Assembly (NCBI GenBank): GCA_028697555.1
Contig: JAQVEX010000004.1
Location: forward strand, 9,332-73,331
Reading direction: 5' to 3'
From: Lentimicrobiaceae bacterium
Lineage (GTDB): Bacteria > Bacteroidota > Bacteroidia > Bacteroidales > UBA4417
DNA length: 64,000 nucleotides
Shown here one piece after another: positions 57,018 through 64,000 of the stretch (positions are counted from its first letter, which is position 1; each line of letters begins with the position of its first letter). The position numbers and the translations under genes are program-made. The notes beneath the pieces are model-generated. The model made no database searches. It saw nothing but the letters and a program-made list of their open reading frames with translations, and was not told where the DNA came from.

Positions 57018-58134
57018 TTAATAATTGCTCCCAAATTGCATCAAATACGATTTTAGGAATTGGTTTATATCGCCGTCAAGCACTTCGCTTGCATTAGTCG
57101 CTTCGGTTCCTGTTCTGTGGTCTTTAACAAGTTTGTAAGGATGTAGCGTATAACTTCTGATTTGCGAGCCCCACTCTATTTTCTTTTTGTTTCCCTCAAT
57201 TTCCATTTGTGCCTCTTTTTGTTTTCGGAGCTCAATTTCGTACAGCTGCGATTTAAGCATTTGTATAGCTTTTTCTCTGTTTTGAACTTGCGAGCGTGTA
57301 ACTTGGCATTCCACAACAATTCCCGTTGGGTGGTGATGAAGTCTGACTGCAGTTTCCACCTTGTTAACATTTTGTCCGCCCGGACCGCTACTTCTAAACG
57401 TATCCCACGAAATATCGGCAGGATTGAGCTGTATATCTATGTTTTCATCTACAACCGGATATACATAAACCGAAGCAAAAGAAGTGTGCCTGCGTTTATT
57501 AGCATCAAAGGGAGAAATTCTGACAAGTCTGTGCACTCCATTTTCTCCTTTTAAGTATCCGAAAGCATGGTCGCCGCTTATCTCTATCGTTACTGACTTA
57601 ATACCTGCAACATCGCCCTCGTTGATGTCTAATTCTGTCAACTTGTAATCGTTTCTTTCTGCCCAACGCGAGTACATTCGCAACAGTATTTCAGCCCAAT
57701 CCTGACTTTCGGTTCCGCCCGCTCCCGAATTTATTTGTATTATTGCATCCAACTCGTCTTCAGTTCCCGAAAGCATGTTTTTAAGCTCCAAATCTTCTAT
57801 TTGAGATAATAATTTGTTGTATAAGCTCTCAACTTCTGCATATTCTTCGGATTGCTCATGTTCTTGGTCGCTTATTTCGGCTTTAACCAATTCAACCAAA
57901 ACCGATAAATCTTCAAAATTGCTATATGCCTCCTGATACGGCTCTGTCCACGATTTTTTTCTTTGAATTGATTTCAGGATTGTTTCGGCTTTCTTGGTAT
58001 CATTCCAAAAATCGGCTGAACGCGTTATTGCTTCCTCTTCCGAAATTTCTGTAAGCTTTTTATCGATGTCAAAGATACCTCCTCAACGCATCTAAGCGTT
58101 CTTTTGCTTCTTTTATTTGGTCGGATGTTATCAT
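57018..58134 (-). CDS. prfB: Peptide chain release factor 2, expressed through a programmed +1 frameshift
   Basis: Frame 0 reads [21 protein letters not shown] then TGA (58134..58069). The +1 frame continues [12 protein letters not shown]... into the 293-aa ORF, which carries SPF and GGQ (SGPGGQNVN) motifs. Confidence 0.9.
58069..58083 (-). promoter_or_regulatory. prfB +1 frameshift site: AGGAGG TAT CTT TGA C
   Basis: SD-like AGGAGG at 58083..58078, slippery CTT at 58074..58072, and in-frame TGA at 58071..58069 followed by C. Confidence 0.9.
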
Positions 58135-58143
58135 ATTATGGTT

Positions 58144-58608
58144 TTAAAACATTTTTTCAATATTATCAATAATTGCGTCTAACTCAAAACCCTTGCTCAA
58201 TAAGTACGATATGGTTTTGTTTCGGACATCGGCAGAGTCAAGTTTTTTGCTCTCAACAGATTTTATTTTTCCCTTCGCCAAACGCAGTATGCACTCGTTG
58301 TATTCGGCTTCGTTTATCTTTTCCAATTCTGCATCAACGGTTTTACTATCAAAGCCCTTGGTTATCAGACTGTATTTTATTTTTGTCTTTCCCCACTTAT
58401 TGTTTGCAAACTTTCCGCTAACATAAGAACTTATATAACGGCTGTTGTTTATGTATCCCTCATCTGTCAATCTGTCTAATATTTTTTTATGTAACTTATC
58501 TTCAACTTTCCATTCAATAAGTTTCTTTTTAACGTCAAATGTGCACCTTTCGGCGTAAGAGCAATATTTTGTCGCTCTGTAATATGTTTTGTCGAAGTTT
58601 GCCTCCAT
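58144..58608 (-). CDS. recX: RecX-family regulatory protein
   Basis: 154 aa. Helical-repeat pattern with an N-terminal ..YCSYAERC... The size is typical of the short RecX proteins I recall from Bacteroidota. Confidence 0.6.
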   Translation of the reverse strand: MEANFDKTYYRATKYCSYAERCTFDVKKKLIEWKVEDKLHKKILDRLTDEGYINNSRYISSYVSGKFANNKWGKTKIKYSLITKGFDSKTVDAELEKINEAEYNECILRLAKGKIKSVESKKLDSADVRNKTISYLLSKGFELDAIIDNIEKMF

Positions 58609-58615
58609 TTACAAA

Positions 58616-59068
58616 TTAGTAAAATTCAACAAGTTCTATGTCGAAAATCAGGACGGAGTTTTTAGGAATTTTGGGTTTTTCGTTAACTCCATATCCCAAA
58701 CTTGAAGGAATAAAAAGTTTAATTTTCCCGCCTACGCCTATAAGCTGAACTCCTTCGCTAAAACCTCTGATAGTATTATTAAGAGTAAGACTTACCGGCG
58801 AGTCCGATGTCTTGTCAAAAAAAGTGCTATCTAAAAGCATTCCGGTGTATTTAACTCTAACCAAGGAATTGTGCATAGGATGCATATCGTTCCCAGGCTC
58901 TTCTATAAAGTAATACAAACCGCTATTGCTACGAGTTGCGTTGATATTGTGTTCGGTAATATATTCCTTGATTTTAGCCTCATCAATAGCGTCGTAGTCG
59001 GGGTTTTCGGGGTCGCAGGCAACAAATGCCAATGCTACTATTAGTAAATAAAACAGATGCCTTCTCAT
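58616..59068 (-). CDS. FKBP-type peptidyl-prolyl cis-trans isomerase lipoprotein
   Basis: 150 aa. Lipobox AFVAC. GF.EG...G.GGK..L.IPS.LGYG pattern. Confidence 0.8.
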   Translation of the reverse strand: MRRHLFYLLIVALAFVACDPENPDYDAIDEAKIKEYITEHNINATRSNSGLYYFIEEPGNDMHPMHNSLVRVKYTGMLLDSTFFDKTSDSPVSLTLNNTIRGFSEGVQLIGVGGKIKLFIPSSLGYGVNEKPKIPKNSVLIFDIELVEFY

Positions 59069-59260
59069 GTATATTGCTTGTTTTTTTATGTATTGTTAAT
59101 CATCGATTGGCAAATTTAACAAAATCATATTATTAGATATTGATTAACATAAAAAAGAAAAATTATTTTGAAAATTTAAGACACAACAACCGATGATATT
59201 GTGCAACAACAAACATTTACAAAGTTTCCAAATCCGGTTAACAAATGCAGATTATGTTTT

Positions 59261-59950
59261 TTAAGCATTTTCCAAAAGCTCATCGACTAGCTTTGGTGTG
59301 GCTGTGCCGGCTTTATCTGCAATTATATTTAAATTAGAAACACCGCTAACATTACTTGCTTTCGGGTCGATATAATATTTGGGGATATCACGTTTGGCAT
59401 AATGTATAAGCGATGCAGCCGGATATACGACCATTGAAGTTCCTATAATAATCACTATATCTGCTTTTTCAACGATATTGGCAGCTTTAACGAGCATAGG
59501 TACGGCTTCGCCAAACCAAACTATGTGCGGTCTGAGCTGATAGCCCTTTTCGCACTTGTCGCCTATTTTCAAACCTTCTATCGGGTACGGATAAATCAAA
59601 TCGTCGTACTCCGACGACCTTGCTTTGGTTATTTCGCCATGTAAATGTAAAACTCTGCTCGAACCGCCTCTCTCGTGCAAATCGTCGATGTTTTGAGTAA
59701 TTACATCGACGGTATATTTTTGCTCCAACTTTTTAAGAGCCAAGTGAGCTGCATTAGGTTCGGCTGCTCTTATTTGGTCGTATCTTTCGTTGTAGAATTT
59801 AATAACCAATTCGGGATCTCTCAGCCAAGCATCGTATGTTGCTACATCTTCTACACGATAGTTTTCCCACAAACCATCGCTATCTCTAAAGGTACGAATA
59901 CCACTCTCGGCACTAACACCGGCTCCTGTTAATATTACTATTCTTTTCAT
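59261..59950 (-). CDS. cobB: NAD-dependent protein deacylase (Sir2 family)
   Basis: MKRIVILTGAGVSAESGIRTFRD, QNIDDLHERGG, HLHGE. The ATG at 59950 is preferred over the upstream GTG. Confidence 0.85.
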   Translation of the reverse strand: MKRIVILTGAGVSAESGIRTFRDSDGLWENYRVEDVATYDAWLRDPELVIKFYNERYDQIRAAEPNAAHLALKKLEQKYTVDVITQNIDDLHERGGSSRVLHLHGEITKARSSEYDDLIYPYPIEGLKIGDKCEKGYQLRPHIVWFGEAVPMLVKAANIVEKADIVIIIGTSMVVYPAASLIHYAKRDIPKYYIDPKASNVSGVSNLNIIADKAGTATPKLVDELLENA

Positions 59951-60028
59951 AGTTACGATTTTTTCTTTCAAAGGTACACAATTTTTTGGTTTCACAGTAC
60001 CTAAAATGGGATAAAAAGTTTTAAAATT

Positions 60029-60118
60029 GCCATTAGCTGTTAGCTATTAGCCGTTGGCTATTAGCCATTAGCTTATGTTTACTTAGCCAAAAGCTAACAG
60101 CCAATAGCCGATAGCTAA
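60029..60118. repeat. Heptamer inverted-array hairpin (GCYRTTR arm / GCYAAHA arm)
   Basis: gccattagctgttagctattagccgttggctattagccattagc ttatgtttactt agccaaaagctaacagccaatagccgatagctaa. Confidence 0.85.
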
Positions 60119-60198
60119 CTTTATCCGACAGCAAAGAAAAAAAATCGAAGTCGAATTATTAAAATCCAACTCCGATTTGATTTATAAGTTTAAATCTA

Positions 60199-61866
60199 TT
60201 ATTTGTTTCTGCCAGCTGACGAAACCGTTCTGCTTCTGCTAGCTTCCGATTTTTTATTAGATGTATTGCTATCGTCGCGTTTTACAGTATTACTTCTGCT
60301 AGATGAACTCACTTTGTCTTGTGTTCTTTGTGAAGATTGACGTGACACTTTGCTCGTTTCTGCCTTAGCAGTACTTCCCTCGTTCCTTGTTCTAACACTG
60401 CTGCTTTGTTTATTGTTATCGCGACTGCCAGTACCAACCTTGCTTGTATTACCTTTTTCTCTTTCGCGAGATACATTTTTTGGTGTAGACCTTTCTTTTC
60501 TTGAATCAACTTTCGTATTGGGACGACTTTCTCTTTCAGGAGTAGCTTTTCTAGGACTTACTCTGTCGTTTCTAGTGTCAACTTTTCTTTCGGGTGTGCT
60601 TACTCCAGTGTTGTTACGACCCTCTCTTTCAGGAGTATCTTTTCTTGGACTGACTCTGTCATTGCTTGTATCAACCTTTCTTTCAGGTGTGCTTACTCCG
60701 GTATCGGTGCGACTTTCTCTTCTCGGGGAAACGTTGTCCGGTCTGGCTCTGTCGGTTCTGTTATCAACTTTTCTGTCGGGAGAAACTGTCGGTTTGCTAC
60801 CATCGCGACCTGCAGAATTGACTCCTGTGTTGGTACGACCGTCTCTTTCACGAGCTACGTTTTCAGGTCTTACTCTCACATCTTTTGAGTGGAATCTGGA
60901 GTCGTGTTTGCTATCTTGTCTGCCGACATTGTCGCGTCCAGCAGAGCTAACATTCGTAGAGCCTCTCAAATCTTTTCTATCTACTACATTGGTTGGTCTT
61001 GCTTGAGTATCAGCTTTTTCAACTCTTGGACGATAGACAGATACAGTATTGTTTGAAACAACTTCTTCAGTTTTTCTGTTAACATCTACTACACTTTTTT
61101 CTCTAACTTTTCCTTGGTAATGGTATTCTACATCGCTAACACGTGGACCGTAGTACCAGCCATCGTCATATCCTTCTTTGTATCCACTGTTGTAGCCATG
61201 GTCATACCCACGGTCGTAACCTCTGTTGTAGCCTCTATTGTAGCCTCTTCTGTAACCCTTGTCATAGCCGTATACGTAGCCGTCGTCGTAACCGTTGTTA
61301 TACACATACACATTGTTGATTATAGTAATTCTATTTACAACAACCCTTCTGTCGTATATGTAATTGTTCCAGTTGTATGAGTAAAAGTGTCTTTTAGGAA
61401 CGAAAGTCCACCAAGACGAAGGAGCGTTCCAACTCACAGTAATTGAAACGTTTGGTCCCATTGGAGCCCAGCCGTAGCAATTTCTGTAGGTTCCCCAGGT
61501 AACCCATGCAGGAGCCCATTCATATCCGGGAATCCACATCCAACCTAAGTAGTCGTCGTAAAACCAACGACCATAGTGGAATGTAGCCCAACCCCATTTG
61601 TAATCGGAAATCCACATCCAACCGTAAGGTGTGTTTTCCCAGTATCCGTCAGTCGCGTACGGTTGGAAGTAGTCGTACCTGTCGAACCAGGGACGCCATA
61701 CGTAACCGTAATCGTAGGTGTAAACCCAATCGCCGTAAGGAGATAAATCATTATAAAAAGTTTGGAATGTAATTCCTCCGTCCATTCTTTGTGCTTGAAC
61801 TTCACTTTGAAAAGCACTAACCGACAGGGCGAAAATAATTGCTATTGTTATTACTATCTTTTTCAT
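60199..61866 (-). CDS. Secreted protein with a Trp/Tyr-rich YxWGxW-type N-terminal domain, a (G-Y-x) low-complexity block and a long basic Arg/Ser/Asp/Thr-rich repeat tail
   Basis: 555 aa. Signal peptide ..SVSAFQSEVQA. GYVWRPW, YGWMWISDYKWGWATFHYGRW, GWMWIPGYEWAPAWV. RGYNRGYNRGYDRGYDHGY. Tandem ~29-aa units TGVSTPERKVDT.NDRVSPRK.TPERE. Confidence 0.7.
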   Translation of the reverse strand: MKKIVITIAIIFALSVSAFQSEVQAQRMDGGITFQTFYNDLSPYGDWVYTYDYGYVWRPWFDRYDYFQPYATDGYWENTPYGWMWISDYKWGWATFHYGRWFYDDYLGWMWIPGYEWAPAWVTWGTYRNCYGWAPMGPNVSITVSWNAPSSWWTFVPKRHFYSYNWNNYIYDRRVVVNRITIINNVYVYNNGYDDGYVYGYDKGYRRGYNRGYNRGYDRGYDHGYNSGYKEGYDDGWYYGPRVSDVEYHYQGKVREKSVVDVNRKTEEVVSNNTVSVYRPRVEKADTQARPTNVVDRKDLRGSTNVSSAGRDNVGRQDSKHDSRFHSKDVRVRPENVARERDGRTNTGVNSAGRDGSKPTVSPDRKVDNRTDRARPDNVSPRRESRTDTGVSTPERKVDTSNDRVSPRKDTPEREGRNNTGVSTPERKVDTRNDRVSPRKATPERESRPNTKVDSRKERSTPKNVSREREKGNTSKVGTGSRDNNKQSSSVRTRNEGSTAKAETSKVSRQSSQRTQDKVSSSSRSNTVKRDDSNTSNKKSEASRSRTVSSAGRNK

Positions 61867-62035
61867 GGCTCTATATTTTATTAAGTTAAACCTTTATTTT
61901 ATTAGTATTACAACATATATGTTATTAAGTTTAAAACAAAGTATGTGCCAAAGTTTTATTTTCTGAAAAGTATTTTGACAAAATTAAAATTAATTTTAAC
62001 GAAAGTTGCATTGACTTACAACTAACAAGTTCAAA

Positions 62036-62094
62036 ATTTACAGTTTCAATTTTGAATGCATTTTTAAAAATAATCATTTACAGTTTCAATTTTG
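62036..62094. repeat. Perfect 19-nt direct repeat ATTTACAGTTTCAATTTTG x2 with a 40-nt period
   Basis: Copies at 62036..62054 and 62076..62094, about 170-230 nt upstream of the start of the 60199..61866 gene. Confidence 0.8.
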
Positions 62095-62323
62095 TTTCTT
62101 TCATTTTCTTTGCTTGTCCAAAGAAAACGAAACAAAAGAAAAGACACTTTTTACAAGGAATTTTTTATTGCCTAAAGGCAATAAAAACCGTATAAAAGAA
62201 ACTAAATTTCTTACAGGGATTCAGAATTTTTAACGTTTCTTTTATACATATTCTGCGTAAAAAGGATATTAAACGAATGAAATTTTATCCCGCCTGCTTT
62301 GGCAAAGCAATCGTAAGTTGGCG

Positions 62324-62659
62324 ATTTTGTTAAGCTGTTTTGTAATAAATTAACTTCACTCTTTTCGCGTGAGTAATCTGTAAAGTAACAAAACACAATA
62401 GCCAAAAATTTTGCTTTAAAACAAGGATGGCATACATTTCTTCTGAATGAAGTTCGAAATAAATCCTTAGTGAGAACGGGAAGTTCCGAGCTTGCTCGGA
62501 AATCACCCGCACGAACTTTGGATTTATGAGAACGAAATTCAGAAAAGAAATGTCAGCCTTGACTTTTTGGTTCTTTTGTGTCACCCGAGAACCGTATTAA
62601 CGGTTCGAGAGCATTGAGTTCCTTTAAAAATAATACGGAACGAAATAACACAAAAGAAC
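62324..62659. repeat. Structured interspersed repeat, copy 2: rod at 62435..62552, and a terminal hairpin (arms 62570..62581 / 62648..62659) whose loop is expanded by ~66 nt.
   Basis: It aligns to 47749..48017 and starts 9 nt downstream of the dsbD stop codon. Confidence 0.85.
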
Positions 62660-62667
62660 GTAAAAAC

Positions 62668-64000
62668 CTAATTATGCCTTTTGTTGTAATTCTCGGCTCC
62701 TCTATCTAAGAAATCTATAAACTCATTTATATTGAGATTGTATGCTCTTGGCTCAACCATTAGGGTTCTATCCGAATCTAAAATCAGATAATATGGCTGA
62801 GCATTGGAACCGAATTGCTTAATTTGTATTTCTGCGTTCTTCTTACCCAATAGTTTGATAAGTCTGCCATCTTCATTGGTGTACCATTCGCTTTCGGGCA
62901 ATTCAATACTTTTATCATCAACGTAAAGAGCCACAATCACAAAGTTTTCGCGTAGTCGCTTCAGCACCTTAGGATCGCTCCACACCCTATTTTCCATCTC
63001 TCTGCAGTTGGTACATCCAAATCCCGTAAAATCAACAAACAAAGGCTTGTTCAACTCTTTTGAAACTCTTAGAGCTTGCTCCAAATCGAAGTAACCTTTT
63101 AAGCCGTGAGGCAATTTAAACTTCGTGTTTTTGCCATATAAAGGTTCTTCGGTAATATTGTAACTAATAGTTGAACCTCCACCGGAGTTTTCGCGGACAA
63201 TTGTGGATATGTCAAAATCTTGCGTTTCCATAGGTGGTAGCCAGCCAGAAATTCCTTTCAACGGAGCTCCCCAAAGTCCTGGAATTAAATATACAACAAA
63301 AGCAAATGTTGCTATAATAAGCATCAAACGTGGAAAAGATTTGATGACAGGGTAATCGCTGTCGTGCGGAAATTTGATTTTTCCTAACAAGTAGAAACCC
63401 ATCATGGTAAATACAACAATCCAAAGACCTATATATATTTCGCGGTCTAGTATTCCCCAGTGATAAGTCAAGTCGGGAACGCTTAAGAATTTTATTGCAA
63501 ATGCCAATTCAATAAAGCCGATTACAACCTTAACCGTATTAAGCCAACCACCTGATTTGGGTAGTTTTTCCAACCAACTTGGGAAATATGCCAATAATGT
63601 AAAAGGAATTGCAAAAGCTAATGAAAAGCCGAGCATTCCAATAATAGGTTTCAAAATTTGTCCGCCAACGGCTTGCACAACAACCACTCCAACAATAGGA
63701 CCTGTACAACTGAATGACACCAAAACTAAGGTCAATGCCATAAAAATAGTTCCTATTATACCACCCTTTTCTTCGGCTGCCACCGATTTGTTCACTAACT
63801 TCGACGGCATTCGTATTTCAAAATACCCGAAAAAGGAAGCAGCGAAAACAACAAATATTAAAAAGAATAGTATGTTAGGTATCCAGTGCGTACTTAGCCA
63901 GTTGCCGAAATCGGCTCCAAATAAAACAGCTATCAATACGCCAAAAATTACGTATATTAATATTATTGATATACCGTAAACCGTAGCTTGTAATTTACCT
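62668..64000 (-). CDS. dsbD: Thiol:disulfide interchange protein DsbD (partial; the N-terminus lies beyond the window edge)
   Basis: Polytopic membrane core plus a C-terminal thioredoxin domain with FGCTNC. The reading frame stays open from 63936 to the window end (..GKLQATVYGISIILIYVIFGV LIAVLF..). Confidence 0.85.
   Translation of the reverse strand, partial: GKLQATVYGISIILIYVIFGVLIAVLFGADFGNWLSTHWIPNILFFLIFVVFAASFFGYFEIRMPSKLVNKSVAAEEKGGIIGTIFMALTLVLVSFSCTGPIVGVVVVQAVGGQILKPIIGMLGFSLAFAIPFTLLAYFPSWLEKLPKSGGWLNTVKVVIGFIELAFAIKFLSVPDLTYHWGILDREIYIGLWIVVFTMMGFYLLGKIKFPHDSDYPVIKSFPRLMLIIATFAFVVYLIPGLWGAPLKGISGWLPPMETQDFDISTIVRENSGGGSTISYNITEEPLYGKNTKFKLPHGLKGYFDLEQALRVSKELNKPLFVDFTGFGCTNCREMENRVWSDPKVLKRLRENFVIVALYVDDKSIELPESEWYTNEDGRLIKLLGKKNAEIQIKQFGSNAQPYYLILDSDRTLMVEPRAYNLNINEFIDFLDRGAENYNKRHN

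Noticed and set aside
60350-61006. 218-aa Leu/Ser-rich plus-strand ORF
   Set aside because: It is antisense to the low-complexity repeat tail of the 555-aa gene, so it is an artefact of the repetitive codon composition.
62582-62647. tRNA-like fragment (contains GGTTCGAG)
   Set aside because: No cloverleaf can be drawn. There is no acceptor stem, no anticodon arm and no T-loop GTTCRAATC consensus. It is the loop insertion of repeat copy 2.
1-64000. Mobile genetic elements, defence systems or toxin-antitoxin pairs
   Set aside because: None of the ORF translations shows transposase, integrase, recombinase, restriction-modification, Cas, abortive-infection or phage structural motifs. Gene content is core housekeeping with conserved synteny.

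Overview
This is a 64-kb chromosomal window that looks Bacteroidota-like. Supporting signs are T9SS components and cargo, TAnnTTTG-type promoter boxes, and almost no Shine-Dalgarno sequences. Most of it is densely packed housekeeping genes: truA, rnr, clpS, nfeD-floA, nrdDG, tonB, gcvH, sprA, ruvA, tilS, lpxB, surE, maf, kdsC, a ccmF/ccsA-like gene, tgt, rfbA, prfB, recX, cobB and dsbD. I found no rRNA, tRNA, CRISPR array, transposase, integrase or prophage signature.

The unusual signals are:
1. At least ten intergenic blocks are built from degenerate 7-nt (some 8-nt) tandem units. The units are arranged as inverted arrays, small GC hairpins and G-rich/C-rich runs. They resemble BIME or STRR mosaics, and many abut or overlap stop codons.
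2. A ~270-nt structured repeat occurs twice (47.7 kb and 62.3 kb). It folds as a ~118-nt rod, and one base pair differs between the copies by a compensatory change.
3. The T9SS translocon gene sprA forms one 2429-codon reading frame broken only by a single in-frame TGA.
4. A cobalamin riboswitch lies upstream of nrdDG.
5. prfB carries the classic +1 frameshift site AGGAGG-N3-CTT TGA C.
6. A DltA-like adenylation enzyme, a carrier protein, a GNAT, a CE4-like protein and an AAC(3)-like protein form a cassette next to rfbA.

All protein calls rest on motif and family recognition by eye from the supplied translations. No database search was run.
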